Shown: positions 30,184 to 40,567 of the stretch, piece after piece | How positions within the stretch are numbered: the stretch's first letter is position 1 | How the letters are laid out: each line of letters starts with the position of its first letter | Source of the DNA: a virus | Virus record (IMG/VR): IMGVR_UViG_3300046820_002568 | Location: 75,883 to 139,882 of that record | Direction: 5' to 3' (one strand) | Length of the DNA: 64,000 nt | The notes under the pieces: generated by a model | The model's database searches: none | What the model was told of the DNA's origin: nothing | The model's input: the letters and a program-made list of their open reading frames with translations, nothing else | Translations under genes and position numbers: made by a program

Positions 30184-33100
30184 TAATTATCGAATTGTTT
30201 TTTACCGTTGAAAATGTTTATGTTGTTATCAGTATTTACAGTCTTATATATGTTTTCTAAAGCTAATCTTCTATAATAATTTACAGCATTGAATGGGGCG
30301 TCGGTTGTAAATGTAAAATCTCTTTGTCTTGTAGTTACGCTTACCCCTTCCACGGTTGGATTATATTTAATATAAGATTGATATTCAGTAGTTGTAGTGA
30401 AATCGGTTAGAAATTCTTGTTCCGCATTTTTTTCAACAGTAAATTCAAATAACCAATTATTTTCTACAAAATCTTTTATTAAATTTCTAGCAATATTTTT
30501 ATACTCTGATTGTGTATCTTTAACTAAATAATCAAAAAAATCTTTTCTTTTTGAATTGTTAATAATTACATTAGATAGTATCGTATAAACATAATTATCG
30601 TTACTATTAGTAAATGGAATTATTGGGGAATATGAAGTAGTATTGCCTGAAGTTAATGAATCGGGTAAGAATATTTTATTCAATCCGTAATTATAAAAAT
30701 TTACAGAATCAGTCATTATCTGAAAATAATCATTTCTAAATTGAGTTATAGTATCTGAGCCACTTTCAGGGGTTCCTCCTAACACATATAATTTTGATGC
30801 TCCGTTTGCTAAAATTTTACCGTCCGCCGAATCGGCAACTAAATCCATTTTAGCCATATATTTTGTAAAATTAAGTTGGGAATCTGTAATTTGTTGAATA
30901 TAAATGGCAATTTGCGTAAAGTTATTTATAAGTGTATCATTTATAAACGATTTATAATTTTCTCTTATTTTATTTTTAGTTTGTGTATCAATATTTAGCG
31001 CAGAATTCACTTTTTGTATTAATGTGTCGGTTCCGTTGTCGGCATTAGTTTTAATAAAATTACCAATAACATTTAAACTTGTTTCCCAATTACCCTGTTT
31101 ACCTAAAATATTTAATGTACTTCCTTGGAAATTGAAAATATTATCATAATACCCATTAGTATAGTACCTGTCGTGGTTTATTTGAGCCCAAACTCCTAAG
31201 TTATACTCATTAGTCAATGTTTGATATGTATTACCAATTGTGGTAAAATAATTTTTTGTTACATCAACAAATCCATTAAAGAACTCATTGTACCTTGTAG
31301 TACCTGTTTCTATTCCAGCATCATTTCTTTGTGATGAAATTATGTTTCCAACTAGTGTACCTCCTTCATTTTGTTTGGTGTCATTCACATTATTTACAGT
31401 TACTAATGGTTCTTCATTTCTTAGACTTTCAATTAAAGCATTATCCACAGCTTCAGTAGATTCTGTTTCATCAGCCCTTTCATCATACATCTCAGTATTA
31501 GCATAATAATTAAATGACAATGCGTTCTGGAGTTTTTCAACGGGTCTAGCAAGTCCATGTCCACCAATCATACTAAAACCTAATGTAACTTTTGCAATCA
31601 TAGGCTGGAATCCTATCCCCTCGGGATTAAAGTCCCACATATTCTCATATGCGATTTGTAAACTATTCGGAATTATTTTTGTATTGTAGAAATCTCCAAA
31701 TCTTAAAACCAAAACTGGTGGGGTTCCAAAATTTGTATTAAATGAATCAGTAATTTTTGCCTCTGTATTTTCTTCTGATTTTGTGGGTATTGTTCTTCCT
31801 GGTCTTACACATTGATTCAAAAATACAAGTCTACTATTTAAACCTTCAGGTGTTATAGCATGAAATGCCGGATTAAAAAATTTAAACTTATTTTTAATCG
31901 AGTCCAATATTATTTTATCGGTCTGCTGTATAACTTCAAAATAATTACATTCAGTTAAAAGCTCTCTTATAATTTTTTTACTTACATTCTTTAATTTTGT
32001 TTGTAAACTTTGGTTTTGTTCAGGTTTTAGTCCAACTTTTGCATCAGGATTTGGTATATTATCATCATTTGTTGTTTCAGGCCCTGAAGACTGTGTTGGT
32101 TTATTTGGGCTAACAGTTATATTAGATATCCTAACAGCTCTACAAGCCGCTGAATTAAATGAAGTTTGTGGAAACGAACCGTTTGGTTGATTACAATTTA
32201 TATCATTACCAGTGCCCTCACTAGTTGTTAATCCTGAAACAGTATTTTCAGAACCAAGATTTTGTCTTTTAAATACTATTTTACCATCGTCAACATAACT
32301 TTTAATTGTTTTATTATTAGATAACACTGATTCTGTAAAAAATAATACTGCAGAGTCAAACCATGCCAATGAAATAATTGCGTTGTCCGCTCTTCCAGGT
32401 ATCTTTGAGCCGTTTAAAGTTATTTCGATAATACCTTGTTCGTTTTCTAATATATTTTTTATCTCTTCCCTTAATTGTGTCATTTTATCATAATTTCCAG
32501 GTAAAACATTGTTAACAAATAAACTCATCTTAATACTATCTAATCCTCCAATATATGAATTTCTATTGTCATAATAACTTTCGTATATTGAAGTGTAGTT
32601 AGTTGTTGATTCAGTTCCTGAAAAAACATACGGAAAATAGAACCCGTAATTTACAAAATCACCTAAAAGATTAGTTGGGGACTCCGTAGTCCCTTGTCCT
32701 CCTGTATCACCCGCCTCATTTAATGCCTCTTTCTTCTCTTCATCTGTGGTTTGATTGCTTTGTAATATTTCTTGATATAATTGTTCTATTGTAGTCTTAC
32801 TTAAAGTATTATATCTTTGAGCCAGTTCATATATGTCATATTTTTGACATCCGGCAAAGAAAGAAGCCGCAACTTGTGTTGCGGTGTCATCGTCCGTATT
32901 TTCTAAAACTTTTTTAACAATAAGATTAGAAACAGATGGGTGGTCAACAATAATACTCCAAGAAATACTTGAACTTCTCTCAGTATTTTCATAAGTGTAT
33001 ATAGGTTCAGGTCTACCTAAAAAGTTTGTCGAATTAAACTTTGGGTTACTTTGTTCTGAACCCAAAGTTATGTCATATGGTGGAAACCACATTATTCTAC

Positions 33101-35111
33101 CTCCATTAGGTCCTTTTTCACAATCAGGTAAAGATTCAAATTCTGCAGTTCCTCTCCAAGCTAAATTTTCAATAGAAAACATATATTTTTTTACCTTTCC
33201 ATCTTTAATATTTGTAGATGCTTGTCCGGCGAGTGGGGCAATATTTAAGTTATATGTTGAGTCAACAATTGAATTGGTAAACCTTCTTATATTACCATTG
33301 GTCTCGAGTCCACTTGTATTAGCAATTGTAGATTGTAGATTACTATATGTTAAATAAGGGATATCTTTTGTAAAAACTCTACCATATTCAACTCCAACCT
33401 GTGTTCCATTTTGATTCACAAATTTCATAACCCTTGAACCTTTGGTCATTTCTTTATATCCATCATTAAACACTTTAGATAATTGGTTCATAGCATTACC
33501 AACATGGACCAATCTTTTTGCTCCTGATGCTGGTGCTGAATCTATAATTCTTTGTGTCTCGTCTAATATTGAACCGGCCCTAAAACCTGTTTCAGGAGAA
33601 TCAGCACTTGGTTTTAATTTTGTTGACTGAGAACTTGTAAAATTTTGACCAACTCCTTGTAAGTAACTTTGGGATTGTGAGCCGATTCCTCCTCCAGGAG
33701 TTGGGTAATATCCTGCACTTTGGTTATTTTTTATACTAACCCAAGAAAATCCTCCGGTCGGGTCTTTTAATGCAATGTCAGAGAAAACTCCACCTGGTCC
33801 ATTAATCGTAGTTTTAAGACCAAAATTATAAACTTGGTCTATCTGTTCCCCTTCATATATTTTTCCAACCTCATCAGGACCAAAAACTATTGTACTTGTA
33901 ACATTTCCGTAAGCGTCTATCGGAACTAAATCTGAGGGTGAAGTTGTTTTAGATACATCATTGGTTGAGTCTCCAACATAAAAATTTGTTAATGTATTAT
34001 TTTTATCAAATACATTATCAATTGCTAACCCTATTTGAGTTGTATTTTGTTCATACTCAGGTTTAAATCTATTATATCCTAAGCTATTAAATAAAACATT
34101 CTTTTGTCCGCTACCTGTATTATTTAAAAATTTAATAGACGGATTACTTAGTGGTGTTGCCGGTTTATTTATAGGGTTAGATGTAGTATCAATTAATTGT
34201 CCTGCAGTTCCTTTTTGTCTTTGTGGTTCTGAAAAGTAATCCCCTTCAATTGGTGATGTTGGTATGTAAGTACCTGAAAACCTTTGTATCAAGAATGATG
34301 CTTGGTCAAATACGCCATCAGGTACTGTAATTGAATAATTTTTATATATTAGAGGTTCTTGTCCTGACGCTAGGAGTGATGCTTGGAATGGGTCCGAGAA
34401 AGCGGCTAAGTTAACTCTACCTACAGTATTTCTATAAATTTCTCTACTTATCCTTTCTTGTAATGCGTCCTGTAAAAAAACTGTTGAGATTTGTTGTAAA
34501 TAAGATTCGGATGAAATTACCCCTGTTCCAATACTGATAGCAAATATATTGTCAAAATATGGAAGCGTACCAAGAGCGTCATCCAACTTAAAATCAAAAT
34601 TTGGATACTCATTTCCACCTGTTTGTTTTTTTGGCAGAATTTTTTCTGTACTAATGTAACTATAAATGTACCCATCTTGTGGTATATATCTGTTAACAAC
34701 CGCTGCCGAATCAATATAAAATTCACTTAAAAGTTCTAATTCAGCAACTGATTGGCTATAACCAACTTGTTGTTCTGAAGTTAAAACTTGTACATTACCT
34801 GTACCAGCTTGTTGGTAAGACACTGCTCCAGTTCCGGCAATTAAATCTGAACCATCTATTTTTGTTGTTTCTCCGTATACATTTACTATTGTTGCGGCTT
34901 TGGCATTTTCAAATAAATCCAAAGATATGTTTGGAGTGTCAACAGGAACTTTTTCACCAAATACTATAGGGTAATTTTGATTTTTAACATCGTAAGAATA
35001 AGAGCCTTCGGTTTTGTAAGGTTTTAGATTTTTTGATATTAAAGCATTTCTAAAAGCCTCAGAACCTGCAAATGTTAGTAAATTATTTTTAATTGGAGAT
35101 GTATCCGCCAT
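30183..35111 (-). CDS. Large tail/baseplate protein (tube-initiator-like region)
   Basis: 1642 aa between tape measure and LysM; WFPPY...FLGRPEPIYTYENTERS and PPVLVLRFGDFY resemble gp48/gp54-like tube initiators. Confidence 0.6.
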   Translation of the reverse strand: MADTSPIKNNLLTFAGSEAFRNALISKNLKPYKTEGSYSYDVKNQNYPIVFGEKVPVDTPNISLDLFENAKAATIVNVYGETTKIDGSDLIAGTGAVSYQQAGTGNVQVLTSEQQVGYSQSVAELELLSEFYIDSAAVVNRYIPQDGYIYSYISTEKILPKKQTGGNEYPNFDFKLDDALGTLPYFDNIFAISIGTGVISSESYLQQISTVFLQDALQERISREIYRNTVGRVNLAAFSDPFQASLLASGQEPLIYKNYSITVPDGVFDQASFLIQRFSGTYIPTSPIEGDYFSEPQRQKGTAGQLIDTTSNPINKPATPLSNPSIKFLNNTGSGQKNVLFNSLGYNRFKPEYEQNTTQIGLAIDNVFDKNNTLTNFYVGDSTNDVSKTTSPSDLVPIDAYGNVTSTIVFGPDEVGKIYEGEQIDQVYNFGLKTTINGPGGVFSDIALKDPTGGFSWVSIKNNQSAGYYPTPGGGIGSQSQSYLQGVGQNFTSSQSTKLKPSADSPETGFRAGSILDETQRIIDSAPASGAKRLVHVGNAMNQLSKVFNDGYKEMTKGSRVMKFVNQNGTQVGVEYGRVFTKDIPYLTYSNLQSTIANTSGLETNGNIRRFTNSIVDSTYNLNIAPLAGQASTNIKDGKVKKYMFSIENLAWRGTAEFESLPDCEKGPNGGRIMWFPPYDITLGSEQSNPKFNSTNFLGRPEPIYTYENTERSSSISWSIIVDHPSVSNLIVKKVLENTDDDTATQVAASFFAGCQKYDIYELAQRYNTLSKTTIEQLYQEILQSNQTTDEEKKEALNEAGDTGGQGTTESPTNLLGDFVNYGFYFPYVFSGTESTTNYTSIYESYYDNRNSYIGGLDSIKMSLFVNNVLPGNYDKMTQLREEIKNILENEQGIIEITLNGSKIPGRADNAIISLAWFDSAVLFFTESVLSNNKTIKSYVDDGKIVFKRQNLGSENTVSGLTTSEGTGNDINCNQPNGSFPQTSFNSAACRAVRISNITVSPNKPTQSSGPETTNDDNIPNPDAKVGLKPEQNQSLQTKLKNVSKKIIRELLTECNYFEVIQQTDKIILDSIKNKFKFFNPAFHAITPEGLNSRLVFLNQCVRPGRTIPTKSEENTEAKITDSFNTNFGTPPVLVLRFGDFYNTKIIPNSLQIAYENMWDFNPEGIGFQPMIAKVTLGFSMIGGHGLARPVEKLQNALSFNYYANTEMYDERADETESTEAVDNALIESLRNEEPLVTVNNVNDTKQNEGGTLVGNIISSQRNDAGIETGTTRYNEFFNGFVDVTKNYFTTIGNTYQTLTNEYNLGVWAQINHDRYYTNGYYDNIFNFQGSTLNILGKQGNWETSLNVIGNFIKTNADNGTDTLIQKVNSALNIDTQTKNKIRENYKSFINDTLINNFTQIAIYIQQITDSQLNFTKYMAKMDLVADSADGKILANGASKLYVLGGTPESGSDTITQFRNDYFQIMTDSVNFYNYGLNKIFLPDSLTSGNTTSYSPIIPFTNSNDNYVYTILSNVIINNSKRKDFFDYLVKDTQSEYKNIARNLIKDFVENNWLFEFTVEKNAEQEFLTDFTTTTEYQSYIKYNPTVEGVSVTTRQRDFTFTTDAPFNAVNYYRRLALENIYKTVNTDNNINIFNGKKQFDN

Positions 35112-35128
35112 TTATAAAACTTATATCA

Positions 35129-35135
35129 ATAAATA
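35129..35135 (-). promoter_or_regulatory. Putative late promoter TATTTAT
   Basis: 17 nt upstream of ATG 35111. Confidence 0.6.
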
Positions 35136-35158
35136 GATATAATGTTATTTTTTAGAGG

Positions 35159-38100
35159 TTATTGGTCTAAAGATGATGAATATGAAGAAATCCCCATACT
35201 GGCGTCTTGGGATGACGCATTAACTTTTTGAGCAACATTTGTCTTTTGGGACATAGAAGTAACAAATATACTTTCAACTGTAGATTGTAATTTTCTTGGG
35301 TCTAATAAATTAGCGAATGCAGGATTACCTGTTATTTCAATTTTAGCATTGACATTGATGGTTTGGGTCGACCCTTCTACTCCTGTTTGTGCAGTTTGTC
35401 CTCCAAAAACTTGTTCATTAATTCCTTGTGGTGTAGGTATTTCAGGGATGCCAATTTCAGGAGCTTCAGGAGCTTCTATTTCTTCAGGACCTAAGTATTC
35501 TTGTTTAAGATTGGAAATGTCAAATTTACCCATCTCATCTATCGGAGTATATTCATACTCTGTTTCCTCGGGCATTTCGTACTGTTGGATTTCTTCTTGT
35601 ACCTCAGGTTTTCCAAATAATCCTTTTCCAAATTCACCTATTCTTCCTCCAATTTCCGCAATTTTTTCAATACCTCTAGATGGAGTTTCAATTTGTTCTT
35701 TTTGTCTTAATTCTTCCAAATAGGACAATTGCTTTTCTCGTGCTTCTCTTAGAGCAGTTTGTATTTCAGTTTCTTTAGGTTCTTCAGGAGTAATTGTTAC
35801 AGGTTCTACAATACCACCTTCCTCTTCTTCCATCGAGGTTAAACTAACTCCTAATGGACCTGATTCTTCAATTTCTTTGGGTTCTATTTTATCTAAATTT
35901 ACGGGGAGCCCACTTTTACTTGTCAAAAATTTATCAGCCTCAGAGTCGTTTTCCGCTAACATTTTCAAGTACCCTGATTCTTCCTTAGGTTCAGGTACTA
36001 TCGGTTCAATTTTAGGGGTTTCTTGTATTTTACCTCCTGACTGAACCTCCCTTATCATTTTTCTTTGATTTTCTTTGTCAGTCTTTTCCTGTTGTTCAAG
36101 TTCTATTTTAAGATTGTCTTCAGGGGTAATTGTCTTTGTTTCTACAGGTTCTTCAATTGTTATTTTTCCTTCAGATTCTGCAGGTTTTTCTTTGATTAAG
36201 TTCTTTAATCTTTCTTTTAATGGTATTTTTTCCTCTTTATTTTCCGCCGCAATTTTTTCAATTCCAACTGCCGGTGTCTCAGGAACGGATGGGGTTATTG
36301 GGGTAGTTTCTTTAGAAACTGTTATACCTTCGCTTGTTCCAGCCTTCCTTTCTGCAGTTTCTCTATCAATACTTCTTGCAAGTTCATTACCTTGAGTATC
36401 TCTTACTATAAATTCTTCTTGGGTTTCGGGTATTGCCGCTGTAACAGTAGGTTCTTTAACTTTTTCTTTTTTAAGTTTTTCAGTAAGATTACCAATACCT
36501 TCTTTTAACCTTTTCCCAAGAGGTTGTTTTTCTTCTTTTTCAGGTATAGGAATTTGACTTAAAGTTGGTTTAATCGGAGCCAACTCCATTTCTTTTTCTA
36601 CACCCTTAGTTTCAATTTTTTTATTAAATGACTCAACTTCACCTATATCTAAATCGTAAGACATTTCTTCGTATGTATCACGCCTTTTCCTCATACTTTC
36701 CAAAGTATCAAGGTCATCTTTGCCCATATCCTCTTCCCTTTCTACTCCCCCAATACCTATTTTTTCCTTTTTGAAATTTTTAATTTCATTATTAATTTCA
36801 TTATATTTCTTGTCATAAGATTCTATTTCAAGTTCTTTTTCTATTTCTGCTAATTCTTCTTTTGTTAGGGTGGTTATACTTCTTGTTGATTCAATTTTTT
36901 TGGGTATTCCTTTCTCAGGTCCTATAAACTCACTATCCTTTTTAGCTTGAGCCGTCATCTCAGGAGTTAAGAAAAAGGATTCTTCTCCTCGTCCTACCAC
37001 TTCAGCGTTATTTATTTCTTCTAATAATTTCTTATAATTTTCAGATACCGATGGCTCAGGTTTCGGTCCCTCAATTAAGCTTGATGCTTTTTGTGAGATT
37101 TTTTCAAATAGTCCTGTTGGTTGTTTTGTTTCAATAGGAGGTAATCCTTCCTCAATTGACGGTAATTCTTCTTCAGTGATTGGTTGTGGTTCAGCGATAT
37201 TAATTGAGGGTGTAGTTGTTGGTTTTTCTGTAATCGCCGCAGTTGGTTGTATTGCCCCCTCTTTAACCGATTCAACTTGTTTTTCTAATTCTGAAATAAT
37301 TAAATTTGTTTTTTCAGCGTTTTCAGGAGTTGCAGAAATTTTGCCCACAAGTTCATCTAATGCAGTACCTATATTTAAATTTTTAACATTTAAAGTATCA
37401 ACTTCAGAAGTATCAATTTTAGAAAGTTCCGCAGTTGTTTCAGGAATTGGTTGTATTTCTGTACCAATTGTCTCATTAATAACAGGTAATGGAGTTGTGG
37501 TTGGTAAATATGTTTCTGTACCTAATGATGCCGTTGGTGGTCCTACAATGCCTTCATCAATTAATTTTTGTATTTCAGGATTTATTGCCTGTATAGTAGT
37601 TGGTGTAGTTACAGGTGTGGTTGTAATTTCTTCCGTCTTTTCAGGCGCAACTAAATTAATTGGTTTGTCTGTAGTAACACTTAAAGACTCAGTTGTTATT
37701 GATTTTGTATTAACACCATCAGTTAACGACTTATCTAAATTATCAAGAGTTCCATTTAACGTTTCAGAATGTAAAGAATGTTCTTCTTCTATTTTTTTAA
37801 TTTCTTCAAGTATTTCTTTTTGACCTTTTGTCTCGTCTATATTAATACCTTTAGTATCTTGAAAATTAAAACTGTCTTGGCGTTCTTGTTCTATTTTACC
37901 AATCTCATCTAATATTTCAGCCTTTTCTTTGTCCTTAGGCAATCCGAGCTTATCTTTTAAAATACCAATTATTTCTGCGTCTTTGCCCTCAAGGGACTCT
38001 AACTTTTCTTGGACACCTGACATTATGTTATTGTATTGGTCTTCACCTAAAACATTTTTGGTTGCCGTTCCAGTTGCCTCTACAGTTGCCCCAAGTAAAC

Positions 38101-39586
38101 TTGTAACCAGTTCTTCACCTTGTTTAATTAGGTCAGTAAACGCTTTTTGTCTGTCCGCACCAGATAGTGTTGGGTCTTTTAAGATTGTAACTAAATCTTG
38201 AAATTTAACAGCTGTTCCATCTAACTCTTTATTTAACTCTCCACCGATTGCAAAAATATCTTTAAGTGGTTCATTAATACCTTCTGAAAGTGATAAATTG
38301 GCGTCTAAAGTCGCTTTACCTAACTTACTAGCACCAACCATCATTCCTGGTGTGGCCTTTAATTCGGCAATTCCAGCATTAATTTTTGATAATACATCAA
38401 GTTGGTCTTTGGCTAATTCAATTGGGTCTGTAGGTTTCTCTTCTTCCCCAACTAAAGCATTTCTAAGTTCATCAGCATTACCTTTCGTTTGAACTAAAAG
38501 GTCTTGTATACTTTTTTCAACTATTGTTTCTTTACCTTCTTTATCAACTTGTTTAGTTTTGACAACATATTCACCACCCTTCCCCATTGTCGCAACATTG
38601 GCAATGAGAGACTTTGTTTCATCATCTATATTAAATCCTGAAAAATCAATTACGGAAAGTTTTTCCCCAATCTCTCTTTCAGCCAAAGCCATTTTTTCAA
38701 GTTCACCTCTAGCAAATCCTGTTTCCTTGCTTATTTCTTTAAGAATTCTAATACCTTGTGGACTAATCTGAGATTTACCCGTTTCCTTATTAAAGGTTGT
38801 ATATTGAGCAACTGCACCTGCAATTTCTTTTTGGAGTCCGGCAACATCGTTCTGTGCCATATCCATAAGTTTTAATGGATTTAAAAGTTTTTCTGAAGCA
38901 ACTCCTAGTCTTTGGAAAGTTGCCGACATCTCAATGGCCTTTTCAGGGTCCATAAGTCCATCCGCAAAATCCATAGTTTCTTCCATTCCAACTCTCAAAG
39001 TTTGCGACTGAGCCGCCATCTTTGCAAGTCCTTCAACTCCTCCTTGGAAATTAAACCTATTTAACTTATCTAAGTTTGCAACTACTAATGAGGATACTGC
39101 TTTGGCATTAACACCCAAATTGTTAGAAACTTCTCTAACCTTGAGCATTTCTGCTGAAATATCTTTTAAGGACATTCCAGCGTTTGTGAATCCAGCTATT
39201 AAATCTTTTGTGACTACACCTGAAAATTTAGAAGCTGCAAATATGTCAGTTGTTTGTTCTTTACTTAAAACAACATTTCTACCTAAAGTTTCAAGAGTTT
39301 CTTGTTGGATAGCTAAAGCATCTTTTTGAGTTCCACCCATTGATATTACATTGAGGGCGGCTTGAGCATATTCCTTTTTTAATCCTTCGGCAAGATTTTT
39401 ACCTTGCCCCATTGTATTAAGTATGGATTGTATTGATTGGTCAACATTTACAATACCTTCCTCAATAGTCTCAATGGGTTTATCCAAAAGAGATGTAATA
39501 CCTTCAACACCTTTTTGTAGGTTTAAAAATTCAATCTCTTTACCTTTTGACGCTTGATTCTCGTCACCTGTAGTAGCACCTTGCAT
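35159..39586 (-). CDS. Tail tape measure protein with a long acidic low-complexity region
   Basis: Position after tube and chaperone; helical Ala/Gly/Met-rich N-terminal ~550 aa. Confidence 0.75.
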   Translation of the reverse strand: MQGATTGDENQASKGKEIEFLNLQKGVEGITSLLDKPIETIEEGIVNVDQSIQSILNTMGQGKNLAEGLKKEYAQAALNVISMGGTQKDALAIQQETLETLGRNVVLSKEQTTDIFAASKFSGVVTKDLIAGFTNAGMSLKDISAEMLKVREVSNNLGVNAKAVSSLVVANLDKLNRFNFQGGVEGLAKMAAQSQTLRVGMEETMDFADGLMDPEKAIEMSATFQRLGVASEKLLNPLKLMDMAQNDVAGLQKEIAGAVAQYTTFNKETGKSQISPQGIRILKEISKETGFARGELEKMALAEREIGEKLSVIDFSGFNIDDETKSLIANVATMGKGGEYVVKTKQVDKEGKETIVEKSIQDLLVQTKGNADELRNALVGEEEKPTDPIELAKDQLDVLSKINAGIAELKATPGMMVGASKLGKATLDANLSLSEGINEPLKDIFAIGGELNKELDGTAVKFQDLVTILKDPTLSGADRQKAFTDLIKQGEELVTSLLGATVEATGTATKNVLGEDQYNNIMSGVQEKLESLEGKDAEIIGILKDKLGLPKDKEKAEILDEIGKIEQERQDSFNFQDTKGINIDETKGQKEILEEIKKIEEEHSLHSETLNGTLDNLDKSLTDGVNTKSITTESLSVTTDKPINLVAPEKTEEITTTPVTTPTTIQAINPEIQKLIDEGIVGPPTASLGTETYLPTTTPLPVINETIGTEIQPIPETTAELSKIDTSEVDTLNVKNLNIGTALDELVGKISATPENAEKTNLIISELEKQVESVKEGAIQPTAAITEKPTTTPSINIAEPQPITEEELPSIEEGLPPIETKQPTGLFEKISQKASSLIEGPKPEPSVSENYKKLLEEINNAEVVGRGEESFFLTPEMTAQAKKDSEFIGPEKGIPKKIESTRSITTLTKEELAEIEKELEIESYDKKYNEINNEIKNFKKEKIGIGGVEREEDMGKDDLDTLESMRKRRDTYEEMSYDLDIGEVESFNKKIETKGVEKEMELAPIKPTLSQIPIPEKEEKQPLGKRLKEGIGNLTEKLKKEKVKEPTVTAAIPETQEEFIVRDTQGNELARSIDRETAERKAGTSEGITVSKETTPITPSVPETPAVGIEKIAAENKEEKIPLKERLKNLIKEKPAESEGKITIEEPVETKTITPEDNLKIELEQQEKTDKENQRKMIREVQSGGKIQETPKIEPIVPEPKEESGYLKMLAENDSEADKFLTSKSGLPVNLDKIEPKEIEESGPLGVSLTSMEEEEGGIVEPVTITPEEPKETEIQTALREAREKQLSYLEELRQKEQIETPSRGIEKIAEIGGRIGEFGKGLFGKPEVQEEIQQYEMPEETEYEYTPIDEMGKFDISNLKQEYLGPEEIEAPEAPEIGIPEIPTPQGINEQVFGGQTAQTGVEGSTQTINVNAKIEITGNPAFANLLDPRKLQSTVESIFVTSMSQKTNVAQKVNASSQDASMGISSYSSSLDQ

Positions 39587-39591
39587 ACTTA

Positions 39592-39598
39592 ATAAATA
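39592..39598 (-). promoter_or_regulatory. Putative late promoter TATTTAT
   Basis: 5 nt upstream of the tape measure ATG. Confidence 0.6.
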
Positions 39599-39607
39599 AT
39601 CTTAAAT

Positions 39608-39745
39608 CTATTTTTTCGGAGTATTATGCTCAATAATTTTATCAACCAAATATCTCCGCTGAAATATTGGCATTTTATAGAAATCAGAATACGAAGTATG
39701 CAAATACTTGGCCAGTAAATAATACTGGTCAAGTAATGATAACAT
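39608..39745 (-). CDS. Small tail assembly chaperone partner (45 aa), probably the C-terminus of a frameshift fusion
   Basis: Not in ORF track. MLSLLDQYYLLAKYLHTSYSDFYKMPIFQRRYLVDKIIEHNTPKK; MP..R motif as in gpT/gp51-like proteins. Confidence 0.75.
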   Translation of the reverse strand: MLSLLDQYYLLAKYLHTSYSDFYKMPIFQRRYLVDKIIEHNTPKK

Positions 39746-39749
39746 ATAT

Positions 39750-40502
39750 TTAGAAGAAAGGGCGAAAAAACTCAGCCCCGAAGGCAATCCTCACTGTTAC
39801 TTTTTTACCTGATGGAGCAGTTACCTCTCTGTTCAAATCAATCCTTGGTTCATTTGTTTTCAAAAAATTTGAGATATACTTTGAATCCATAATTGGCATC
39901 TGTTCAATAAACTTAGCAATTTCTCCTTTGTCTTGACTCCCATTAACTTCAATGATTTGTTTTGCAAGTCTCCAAGTAGCTTTAGGTGCAATCATCGACG
40001 ATGGATATTCATCGGCCATTCTTTCAAGGTCTGTTGTTTCGCCATAACTAAGAGGTTTCAATTTGACTTGAGCTCCTGATTTTGGGAGTTTTGTTTCATA
40101 ATATCCATTATCATCTGGGTCAACTTCAGGTTTTTTAAACGATAGAGCATCCAAAAGAACTGGTTTTTCAAACTTATTACCTGTATCAGGGTCAGTTAAA
40201 GTGAAATTATATTCAGGACCAAATGAAGTGTTTCTTAAAAACAAAAGAATTGCCTCAATATCACCTTCAAGCATGTCTGAAGGGTTTAATTCAGGTTCAT
40301 AAAGTTTACTTCTAACAAGTCTCAAAATAAGTTGTTCCCCCGATAGTTTACCAACACTACCCAAAAGGTTTTCGTCTGCAGCGGTTAGATAACCAACTTT
40401 AACACTTTTTTTCTTACTTTTATAAAATTTACCTTGACTTGGTAACATAACCACATCGTGGGGTAAATTAAAATTTTCTTGTCCTGCTATAATTTCGTTC
40501 AT
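39750..40502 (-). CDS. Tail/baseplate assembly chaperone (T4 gp26-like)
   Basis: LPSQGKFY, LTAADENLL, GDIEAILLFLR, ends FFRPFF; lies between tube and tape measure. Confidence 0.75.
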   Translation of the reverse strand: MNEIIAGQENFNLPHDVVMLPSQGKFYKSKKKSVKVGYLTAADENLLGSVGKLSGEQLILRLVRSKLYEPELNPSDMLEGDIEAILLFLRNTSFGPEYNFTLTDPDTGNKFEKPVLLDALSFKKPEVDPDDNGYYETKLPKSGAQVKLKPLSYGETTDLERMADEYPSSMIAPKATWRLAKQIIEVNGSQDKGEIAKFIEQMPIMDSKYISNFLKTNEPRIDLNREVTAPSGKKVTVRIAFGAEFFRPFF

Positions 40503-40514
40503 AATTTTTTTTTA

Positions 40515-40544
40515 TAAAAAAAAATCCGCACAAAGTACGGATTT
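40515..40544 (-). terminator. Intrinsic terminator after tail tube
   Basis: AAATCCGTAC-TTT-GTGCGGATTT followed by a T-run. Confidence 0.8.
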
Positions 40545-40567
40545 GTAAATAGTATTTTGAAAAAATA

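Noticed and set aside
35349-39329. Several long plus-strand ORFs (e.g. 37176-37823)
   Set aside because: Antisense shadows of the compositionally biased tape measure gene, with no motifs or expression signals
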